From positions 1-64,000 of IMG/VR virus record IMGVR_UViG_3300030108_004854: DNA of 64,000 bases; one strand, written 5' to 3'. A program made the translations under genes and the position numbers. The DNA comes from a virus. The notes under the pieces are model-generated. The model had not been told where the DNA came from and ran no database searches. It was given only the letters and a program-made list of their open reading frames with translations. Positions 56,159 through 64,000 of the stretch are shown here, piece by piece. Position 1 is the first letter of the stretch, and the number at the start of each line of letters is the position of its first letter.

Positions 56159-56368
56159 TTAGCTTTGCCCCATGGGTCTTTCGTCCATGTCATACTTTAA
56201 ATGAAATTCGCCTAGTGCAAACATTGCTTGTTCTTTTTGCAAATCCGTTGTATTAGGGTTTGCAATAACTTCCATGTATCTACCAGCAATTCTATTGTAT
56301 TCATCCTGAGGAAGTCTTTTCCTGGGTAAGCGTCCAATAACCATTACCACTTCACCTTGTGTGACCAA
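56159..56368 (-). CDS. small hypothetical protein
   Basis: ORF filling the gap; likely start 56344. Confidence 0.5.
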   Translation of the reverse strand: MVTQGEVVMVIGRLPRKRLPQDEYNRIAGRYMEVIANPNTTDLQKEQAMFALGEFHLKYDMDERPMGQS

Positions 56369-56640
56369 TACCTTGCACTCATTTTACTTGGCTTGCTATC
56401 TTGAGCATTGTGCCGTGCATAGTATGACTTCTTACGTGCTTTGTCTTTGGCTGACTTCGGATTTTTGCCAGCACCTTTTACACCCTGTTGACCAAAACGA
56501 ATTATTTTTTCTTTCCCACCTTCGCAAGCTTTTACGACATGCGATTTAGTTTTATGGCTTGGTGTTTTTTTAGGTTTATTGCAAGCCATTTTGTCTTTAT
56601 TTAATTTAGCTGCTGTTGCTGCTTTTTTATGTTTAGACAT
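56344..56640 (-). CDS. conserved basic phage protein
   Basis: KIIRFGQQG...RKKSYYARH...SARYWS.KVKW. Confidence 0.75.
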   Translation of the reverse strand: MSKHKKAATAAKLNKDKMACNKPKKTPSHKTKSHVVKACEGGKEKIIRFGQQGVKGAGKNPKSAKDKARKKSYYARHNAQDSKPSKMSARYWSHKVKW

Positions 56641-59600
56641 TTACCCAAACAGTCCACCTGTCCATGTATCTATTATCCCACGGCCAGTACTAGACGCATA
56701 ATCTCTTTCATCTGGAAATACATCAAAATAATTATTTGTTCTTTCATTATCATCGTCATCATCTCTTCCGTATAAATCATCCCCTGAATCTCCCAAAAAA
56801 CTATTAAACTGAGACATTGCAGCAAAAGGATCACTCATGTCAATATCGCTCATGCCAAAACCACCTTGCAATGCTCTACCTACAAAATTTAAATCTGCAA
56901 TTTCATCTGATGATGCATCGGGAAAAAATTCATTTAAAAAATCATCTTGACTTCCTGCATATCCATTTGATTTAAAGTATTCAAATAAAGGATTAGTGGT
57001 TTCTTCATCTACTCTTTCAATATCTCTAAGAGCAAGACTAGCTTGGTCATAGCTTAAATTCTCGTCTAAATTATAACTAATCATTAAATCTTTCCATGCT
57101 TCTGAACCAACTTCTATATCACCTCGTTCACCAAGAATTTCTAGTGGATCTCGTTGAATATAATCAACACCTAAATTTTCTTGGCTTGCAGTTTTTCTTC
57201 TTTCATTTAAATATTTAATACCTTCACGAATGTCTTGTGCAGCACCTGTTTCAAATGCTTCTTTAATATATTCTTTAACTTCTTCTAAACTTGCATCTAA
57301 ATTTTCAATGCCGAATGATTCTAAAACTTTCTCCCATTCTTCTTGATTTTCTAAAGGATCAATACCTTCAAGCAGTGCAGTTGCAAATTCATCTGGAGTA
57401 ACAAACTGCATAAAAGCAGCATCTCCTATATCTACTCTTTCGTCTGCAATAGCATCTACTATGACATCACTTATGTAAGCATCAATAGTTCTTACATCAA
57501 AAACATCTTTTGCTGGATCAAATCCAGCTCGTTGTCCAGCTATTTGATAATGTAATTTTGCAAATTGATCTGCATTATTAATATCAACACCATAGTAATA
57601 AGCCCATTGTGACCAACTGTATTCATTAGCGCCTTCTGGTATTCCGCTTTTACTATCTGCATTTGACTTAGCTGCTGCCCAATCTCTTTGTACAGCTGTT
57701 TTCTGTTCTTCATAGTTCCTTCTTGTTGTTTCTACATCTGTATAATCTCTATTTAATTCGTCTTCTGTTAACTCATCAAGTTGCGATAAAGGGTCCATAT
57801 AAAATGCTGTGTCAAAACCTGCTTCAGTACCACTAAGTTGTTCAAAATATTCCCGTGCCTTCAACTCTGCTGTTTGTTTTAATTGATTCATTGCGGTTTG
57901 CGTTTGAAATATATTCTGTTCATCTTCATCTAAAGTATCTAAGTAACTAACAAACTCAGACATTGATTTAGACATATTAAATCTCGGCGTAATATAATCA
58001 GATAAAAATTTTGTAATAAACTCTCTTCCTTCTTCGTTGGTTAATGAATAAGTAATTTTATTTCCGTCTTCATCCACTCTTTCACCTTCTATTTCTTCTA
58101 GCCCTTCGTAATAAGGTTTAAGTGTTTCATCCATCCATTTTTGCCAATTATATTCAGCATTTGCTCCTCTTCCAATACCTGTAATGTTTTCAATTCCTTC
58201 TCTTAAATTTTCTTCTAAACCTCTTGATTGCATACCCCCTAAATTTAAATAACCTCTCATATCACCTAACATATTATCTGCAAGGCTTTGACTAGAACCA
58301 TAAATTTCATTAAATCCTGGTAATCCTCTATATACATCTAGTTCTCTTTCTCTTGCTTGTTGTTTATTTAATTCATTTACTGCTTTTTCTAATACATCTG
58401 TAGCTAAAGCTCTAAATTTATCTTGTTGTTCTATATCTGCTTCACTAAATGCAGAACTTATTCTTCCTTCTAAAAGACTTTGAGTTTGATCTGATGATGG
58501 ATCTAATATATTTTCTGCCCATTCAATAGTATTATTTGCACCCGTAAGTCCAAATAATTGATCTCTAACTCGTTGTTTTTCAGCATCTGTCATGCTGCTA
58601 TAGCTTTCATCATATTCTTCTGCTTCTCGTGCATAGCCTGCTTGAGAACCTCTAAGGCCTTGATTTTTTCCTGTGTATGTATAGTCATACCAAGCCATAT
58701 TGGCTAAACTTCCATAAGCTGCAGTGACATCTAAATCATTATCTGCACTAAGAATATTTCCTTCATCTACAACAGCATTATTCCAATAATCAATTAAATT
58801 TGAGTTTTGAGTATTTAAATAATAGTCAGAATCAAATTGTCCAATTAAATCGTAGGCACCACCATCGGTTTCACCATTCCATTGCTGTCCTATTCGTTGT
58901 TCAGCATAATATGCACCATAGATGTTTTTTGTGCTATCAATAATATTATTTAATTGATCTTCATTCATTAAAGGTTGTAGACCTAATTCTTCAGCCCTAG
59001 TATTTAAATTGTTAACAATATTAGTTAAATTACTTCCTAAATTGTTATAAATATAGCTTCTATTTGAAGTATATACACCTGTTTGACTTGAGCTTGCCCA
59101 GTCTTTGACGCCTCTGCTCCATTCAGTCAAAGAGGATCCATAATCATTTAATAAAGTATTTCTTTCGTTTTCTTCATCTGCAACACTTTGTGCATAGGTT
59201 TCTAGATTTTCATTCCAGTTGTTAGCTTGATTTTCTCTCCAGGTAGCTGCTTCTGATGTTAATGAATTTGCATATGCAGTAGCTGGTTCATAAACATTCT
59301 CATAATTCCATTGATCCATTGCAGCTTGTCTTTGCCCTGCTGCAGCTTCATTGTCTCTTTGATTTTGTTCGTGTCTGTCTCTTTCTTCTCTTAAACCAGA
59401 AAGCACATTTCTGAACCCTGTAATAGGATTACCTCTAGGATCTCTAGCAGCATTTAAAGCTTCTCCAATACCACTACCTGTACCAACAGTAATTTCAATA
59501 ACTTTAATAGAATCTCCTCCTTCTGGTGCTCCTTCTTTTGCTTCGTCTTTAGTTAAGCCATAGCCACCTGTATATTCATCTGTTCTGTTGTTATAGGCAA

Positions 59601-59934
59601 CATAAAATGTTTGTTCTGTTGGTCTATTATCTGGATATTCATCTGCCCATTCATTAGGATTAGTTTTTAATTCCCATTGTTGATAGCTTGATCCGGTTAA
59701 TGGATTGTTAACATTACTTGACCAGTTTGAGTAATCTGGATGATTTGTAATAAACTCTGTTCCAGCATAGTTTTCTTGCATTCCTCCTTCTTCTGAATTT
59801 GTATAATCTGATGCAGTTCTGCTGGTAAAAACATCAGGATTTTGCTCTATAATTTGTTCTGCTGTTAAATTAGTAGCGTAATCACTTGGATATTCTGTAT
59901 ATCCAAGTTCTCCACCCGTATATGTAAGACTCAT
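56641..59934 (-). CDS. large acidic putative virion protein
   Basis: 1097 aa, Glu/Asp/Asn rich, FDxxYY repeats. Confidence 0.7.
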   Translation of the reverse strand: MSLTYTGGELGYTEYPSDYATNLTAEQIIEQNPDVFTSRTASDYTNSEEGGMQENYAGTEFITNHPDYSNWSSNVNNPLTGSSYQQWELKTNPNEWADEYPDNRPTEQTFYVAYNNRTDEYTGGYGLTKDEAKEGAPEGGDSIKVIEITVGTGSGIGEALNAARDPRGNPITGFRNVLSGLREERDRHEQNQRDNEAAAGQRQAAMDQWNYENVYEPATAYANSLTSEAATWRENQANNWNENLETYAQSVADEENERNTLLNDYGSSLTEWSRGVKDWASSSQTGVYTSNRSYIYNNLGSNLTNIVNNLNTRAEELGLQPLMNEDQLNNIIDSTKNIYGAYYAEQRIGQQWNGETDGGAYDLIGQFDSDYYLNTQNSNLIDYWNNAVVDEGNILSADNDLDVTAAYGSLANMAWYDYTYTGKNQGLRGSQAGYAREAEEYDESYSSMTDAEKQRVRDQLFGLTGANNTIEWAENILDPSSDQTQSLLEGRISSAFSEADIEQQDKFRALATDVLEKAVNELNKQQARERELDVYRGLPGFNEIYGSSQSLADNMLGDMRGYLNLGGMQSRGLEENLREGIENITGIGRGANAEYNWQKWMDETLKPYYEGLEEIEGERVDEDGNKITYSLTNEEGREFITKFLSDYITPRFNMSKSMSEFVSYLDTLDEDEQNIFQTQTAMNQLKQTAELKAREYFEQLSGTEAGFDTAFYMDPLSQLDELTEDELNRDYTDVETTRRNYEEQKTAVQRDWAAAKSNADSKSGIPEGANEYSWSQWAYYYGVDINNADQFAKLHYQIAGQRAGFDPAKDVFDVRTIDAYISDVIVDAIADERVDIGDAAFMQFVTPDEFATALLEGIDPLENQEEWEKVLESFGIENLDASLEEVKEYIKEAFETGAAQDIREGIKYLNERRKTASQENLGVDYIQRDPLEILGERGDIEVGSEAWKDLMISYNLDENLSYDQASLALRDIERVDEETTNPLFEYFKSNGYAGSQDDFLNEFFPDASSDEIADLNFVGRALQGGFGMSDIDMSDPFAAMSQFNSFLGDSGDDLYGRDDDDDNERTNNYFDVFPDERDYASSTGRGIIDTWTGGLFG

Positions 59935-60296
59935 TATGCACAGCCTAGATTATCTAGGACAAATTCTGATATTATTTCTATTTTATCGCCTTTCGTCCAT
60001 TTGATAATAGCTTCTAGTCTTTCTTCTACAAAAAAATCTTGTTTGCGATACCACTCTTCCATTTTTGCTGATGCTTTGTGATGATTACAAAAACGACAAC
60101 AAGGCAACAAATTTGTACAGTTAGATGAACCAGAACGGTATTTAGGAATGATGTGATCTAATGATGTTGCTGGATTGCCACAATATCCACATTTATAATT
60201 CCATGCTTCATATATACTTTGTCGAAATCTTTTCTTTGCGAGTCGAGGAGTTAGTTCAATTAAAAGAGCGAGAGGTTCGTTCTCTGTCTTGAACAT
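59934..60296 (-). CDS. HNH endonuclease
   Basis: CGYCG..ATSLDHIIPK..SG...NLLPCCRFCN..K. Confidence 0.9.
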   Translation of the reverse strand: MFKTENEPLALLIELTPRLAKKRFRQSIYEAWNYKCGYCGNPATSLDHIIPKYRSGSSNCTNLLPCCRFCNHHKASAKMEEWYRKQDFFVEERLEAIIKWTKGDKIEIISEFVLDNLGCA

Positions 60297-60441
60297 ATTA
60301 TTCTTAATGGCTATTTATAGTCTAAATTTCCCAAACCTGTTTATTCCTTAATATAAATTAACCGCCATTAAAAAAATGTATAGTTGCTTGACAATACTTC
60401 TTGCAAACCTAACTTAAATCTGTAAGCACACAGCTTTACCA

Positions 60442-60666
60442 ATGACAACTATTAGTAGTTCTTGGGTTCCACTTCATAAAGCAGAACGTGTTCTTGAAGT
60501 TTCTCGCAAAGAACTTCATCAGATGCGTGACAATGGCACCGCAAAACTTGGTCACCACTATGGTGCAGGACCTCTTACTAGGTCAAGAGATACGTATTAT
60601 TGGAATATTCCTCGAATGAAAAAGCTACTTACACAGTCGCAAGCCGCTTCGATTTCTGCTGCTTAA
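60442..60666 (+). CDS. small excisionase-like HTH protein
   Basis: WVPLHKAERVLEVSRKELHQMR..G..KLGHHY...YYWN. Confidence 0.6.
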   Translation: MTTISSSWVPLHKAERVLEVSRKELHQMRDNGTAKLGHHYGAGPLTRSRDTYYWNIPRMKKLLTQSQAASISAA

Positions 60667-61042
60667 CTGGTGTGTAGTAAACCTTGCGGACCTTGTGTGC
60701 CAAAAGGACTTTGTCTATCGATAGTTTAATACGTTCTTCTTGTTGAATTGTTTTTAAACTATGGCAGAGACCGCTCCAGCCTTTCTTCTTGGAAGGCTGT
60801 TTTTCTTTTAGTTGAAAAATAAACACCCATTGAGGATGAACAGGTTGAATCGGTCGTTTTTTGTTTGGAATGTTGATTGAATAGTCGTTGTTCCAGGTGA
60901 ATCCTTTTAATTCTTGTGGAGTTTTTCCATAGGTTGCGACCATGGCCATAAGCCAGCCTTCGTCGCTGTATTTAGTTGTACCTGTAAGGCCAAAAATTTC
61001 GTCAACGATGCGAGCATCGGACGGGAGATGCATGTGCAACAT
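60629..61042 (-). CDS. degenerate tyrosine-recombinase-like protein
   Basis: GWLMAMVATYGKTPQEL and RPIQPVHPQWV resemble cyanobacterial integrase segments, without the catalytic residues. Confidence 0.5.
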   Translation of the reverse strand: MLHMHLPSDARIVDEIFGLTGTTKYSDEGWLMAMVATYGKTPQELKGFTWNNDYSINIPNKKRPIQPVHPQWVFIFQLKEKQPSKKKGWSGLCHSLKTIQQEERIKLSIDKVLLAHKVRKVYYTPVKQQKSKRLATV

Positions 61043-61156
61043 GGCTACGGTCTGATGTTGAATAAACTATAGACACTGATCTGTCTTTTTAAGGTGGTTT
61101 TAATGCTCAGATTAGATTAACTTATGGTAAATCCAATACAACTATTATACAGCTTA

Positions 61157-62821
61157 TCAAAAATTCTTTTTATTACCTTCACTGGTAGGCATTTCTCCTG
61201 ATCCAGGGAAATATTCTTGGCCATTCTTGTCAATCATAATAAAGTTTTGTAACTGCACAAATTGAGCGGGAAAATTAAAAAGTTTTTGTGTCATAGATAC
61301 CATTATTGGAGATTCAACATTAAATGGTGGTACATCCATATGACTCATTCCATAGTATGTAAAATTTTCAAACGCTTTTTTCTGATCTTTTTCAGTTTTT
61401 TCTATTAAATTATCTTCCCAAGCAACAAGATCTTCTGCTGTTGCAAAAGGATAATCAGAGGGTTCAACAGGAAACTCATTACGCATAAAACGTAGTGCTT
61501 GAATGTGTTTACAAAATCTGTATTGATTTAATGTAAACGTCCAGTCATCACTAAGTTCATAAATAACATTTCCACTTTCTTTGTAGTTTTTGTATGTTGG
61601 CATTCCTTCTGCAATACCACTAGTAAAATTTTCATCATCTCCAAAATTTCTTATATAAACATTACCAAAATCCGCAAAAATACCAGGAAAATCCCTGTAA
61701 AGATTTTCTGGTAATTCTATATTTTTAATTACTTGACCAGATGTAACTTCTTCTAATTCATATCCACTAGGTGCAACTAATTCAAACAAATTATTTTCAA
61801 CAAAATATCTAGTCCATTCAATTTGTGCAGCTTGTGTTAACCTATCAAAATTTTTTAATTGTTCATAACGACCAGGTGCTGTTGCACCAGGTGCAGTAAC
61901 TGGAAAGTTTCTTCCTTTTCTTTGACCTAGTGTAGAAATATAAGCATAGTCTCGTCGTGTGTAATCTTGACAAGTACAACAATAACGTTTTCCTGTTTGT
62001 AAAAAACGACTAGGATGTGGTGGAATACGTGATGGTGTAATTTGTACACCATCAATTGTGCTTTGTATAGAGCCTCTTTTTTCAAATTGTAAGATACCTT
62101 GGTATTCATCAATACCTGTTAATACTGCTTGTACAAAACCAAATCGTTTGTTACTAGCAGGATCTCTACTTTCACTATCAATTGGTTCTCCAGATACAGT
62201 AATAATTTTGTCTTCTAAAATATCACCAACAATAGGCTTAGCTGTATTGCCGCCAGAAAATGTAATTAATAATGGAGAAGGAACTTGTTGGCCACTTATT
62301 GTGCTGAATGTACCGGATAATTGTATATACCAATAATGTTGATTATCTTGCAACAATCCAGAAAATAATGTTTGTGGATTTGCTTCACCAGAAACAGCTA
62401 GGCGAACTCCACTAACATCTTTTAAATTATCAAATCTTAAATTACCAGCTTCAATAAGCCCTGTCCAATGCATTCCTAATTCTTTGTTTGGAGTAGGAAA
62501 ACCTTTAAATGTACCTGATATTACAGGAGATCTAGCACCTATTTCATCAATAGCTCCTGATGTTTCTGGTATTAGGTATTTAAAATCATATGAATAAGCA
62601 GCATGCGCAATATCAGATGTTGCTAATTCCCAGCCTCGTCTCCAACGTACCCATGCTGATTGTCTGTCAACAGTATAAATAGATATTGGCAGCGAACCTC
62701 CAAACTCTGCACGTATTGGTTTTACGGTATAGTTGGAACTTTTGTCAGGTTTAAATCTGTTAAAACTAATATTGTTCTTAGGGTTTTTATTTCCAAATCC
62801 AGAAAACCCTTTTATTCCCAT
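61157..62821 (-). CDS. hypothetical protein with a split SWIM-like zinc finger
   Basis: YCCTCQDY ... FCKHI. Confidence 0.65.
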   Translation of the reverse strand: MGIKGFSGFGNKNPKNNISFNRFKPDKSSNYTVKPIRAEFGGSLPISIYTVDRQSAWVRWRRGWELATSDIAHAAYSYDFKYLIPETSGAIDEIGARSPVISGTFKGFPTPNKELGMHWTGLIEAGNLRFDNLKDVSGVRLAVSGEANPQTLFSGLLQDNQHYWYIQLSGTFSTISGQQVPSPLLITFSGGNTAKPIVGDILEDKIITVSGEPIDSESRDPASNKRFGFVQAVLTGIDEYQGILQFEKRGSIQSTIDGVQITPSRIPPHPSRFLQTGKRYCCTCQDYTRRDYAYISTLGQRKGRNFPVTAPGATAPGRYEQLKNFDRLTQAAQIEWTRYFVENNLFELVAPSGYELEEVTSGQVIKNIELPENLYRDFPGIFADFGNVYIRNFGDDENFTSGIAEGMPTYKNYKESGNVIYELSDDWTFTLNQYRFCKHIQALRFMRNEFPVEPSDYPFATAEDLVAWEDNLIEKTEKDQKKAFENFTYYGMSHMDVPPFNVESPIMVSMTQKLFNFPAQFVQLQNFIMIDKNGQEYFPGSGEMPTSEGNKKNF

Positions 62822-63618
62822 TAGAAATAACCACCTTGTGCAATGGCATGTGCACCTGGAATATATCCAGAAGGTGTATTGAAAACACCATTTTGCAGCA
62901 CACCAATGTATAAACGATCTCCACGTTGCAAATGAATTGCTCTATTTTTTAAAGGCGATGCTTCTCCTAATCCTGTTGTATTACCATCTTCAGGAACAGG
63001 TACTATCATTTCAGGCATTACATCTGAACAGTCAACAAATGTTTCATTTACAGGAATTGTTTTACTAAATAAAATTCCGTAATCACCATTTGCTGGAATT
63101 GGGACTGTTGTTTGCCGAGTGTGGTAACAAACAAAAGTTACTGCAGGCAAAGATGAAGTTGCTACAGAAGAATAAGCAAAACCACTTGTACTAGGTGTTG
63201 TAATACCACTATATTCAATACCTCCTATAGGTCCTTCAATAGAAACTGAGCCTGTATAGGTGTAGTAACCAACACCTCTTTCACCTGATGGATTTGCAAG
63301 AGAATTGTTTTTAATATAAATAGTTTGACCACTTGTAAAACTAACAACTTCTCCTGTAGCAGTATTAGCATCTAATACATAGTCTGTTGTTTGATTCAAT
63401 CCAAAGTTATCTCTGACAATCGTAATACTGTCAATAATTCCACCGCTATTATTGTCTGATGTTAATGTAGCATCCATATCAACTAATAAAGCTGGGTTTT
63501 GTCCACCAAAAACATTTAAATTACCAGCTCCACCAACAACTTGATTAGTAAGACGAGTCCTTTCAATTAAAGGACGGTCTACAAACATAGGTTGTTTATT
63601 TGTATTTGTAGTTGCCAT
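62821..63618 (-). CDS. putative structural protein
   Basis: 265 aa, Thr/Ser/Gly beta-rich; NKQPMFVDRP start. Confidence 0.65.
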   Translation of the reverse strand: MATTNTNKQPMFVDRPLIERTRLTNQVVGGAGNLNVFGGQNPALLVDMDATLTSDNNSGGIIDSITIVRDNFGLNQTTDYVLDANTATGEVVSFTSGQTIYIKNNSLANPSGERGVGYYTYTGSVSIEGPIGGIEYSGITTPSTSGFAYSSVATSSLPAVTFVCYHTRQTTVPIPANGDYGILFSKTIPVNETFVDCSDVMPEMIVPVPEDGNTTGLGEASPLKNRAIHLQRGDRLYIGVLQNGVFNTPSGYIPGAHAIAQGGYF

Positions 63619-63651
63619 GAGTTGCTCCTGATTTATCTATTTTAATACAGA

Positions 63652-64000
63652 TTACAATCTATCAAAAAATCTTTGTGCTGTTTTTGCATCTATATAATTG
63701 CTAGGTGGTTCCATTCCTAGAATATCTGTTAATTCATTTTGCTGATTGATAGTTCTTTTTATTTGTTCTTGTAGAAAATCAACAACAAATTTTCTTGGAT
63801 TGTATTCAGGAGCAGTAGTGCCTAAGTTTGTTGAATCTGCTGCGGTTTGTGTAGGAACTTGACTTATCTGTGTACTTACAGGAGTAACCCCCTGGAACAT
63901 ATCCAAACCACGTTGATATGCAGCTGGATTTTGTGTTTTTAATGGATCAAAATAAAAATTACTGCTTCCTTCAATAGGTGTATATTCATCACCACGACGG
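63652..64000 (-). CDS. hypothetical protein, C-terminal part (extends beyond window)
   Basis: track ORF 63652..63906; the frame appears open upstream to the window edge. Confidence 0.5.
   Translation of the reverse strand, partial: RRGDEYTPIEGSSNFYFDPLKTQNPAAYQRGLDMFQGVTPVSTQISQVPTQTAADSTNLGTTAPEYNPRKFVVDFLQEQIKRTINQQNELTDILGMEPPSNYIDAKTAQRFFDRL

Overview
The window is a large part of an AT-rich tailed dsDNA cyanophage genome. Host evidence is an hli gene, a CP12-like peptide, a Dps and a Downstream-peptide/glutamine-II riboswitch. The gene set resembles the S-EIV1-like lineage, but that is inference. Layout: 1-9.1 kb, minus-strand Gly/Ala-rich putative internal virion proteins; about 9.5-10 kb, a strand-switch intergenic region; 10-20.7 kb, a + strand early region of small ORFs with PcfJ-like, tRNA-Leu(UAA) and thyX; 23-30 kb, replication genes (family A DNA polymerase, SSB, Gp157-like); 30-43 kb, auxiliary and modification genes (hli, Dps, endonuclease VII, methyl- and glycosyltransferases, exonuclease, primase-helicase); 43-64 kb, lysis, tail, dCTP deaminase, MTase-like and virion genes. 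No capsid, portal, terminase, RNA polymerase, reverse transcriptase or CRISPR was recognised. The strongest unannotated signals are: (1) a modular cis-regulatory system in the early region, made of a repeated AACAGCC-AACAGCC box followed by one of three recurring structured leader RNAs (a covarying UAAG-bulged hairpin x7, a small pseudoknot x2, a tandem double hairpin x2); (2) a canonical A_AAA_AAG plus hairpin -1 frameshift in a holin-like gene; (3) a glutamine riboswitch driving a DUF4278 peptide; (4) a dispersed CTGTACATT(T)GTG palindromic element resembling a bipartite origin; (5) a 10/11-bp tandem array inside endonuclease VII. All family assignments come from reading motifs; no database searches were run.
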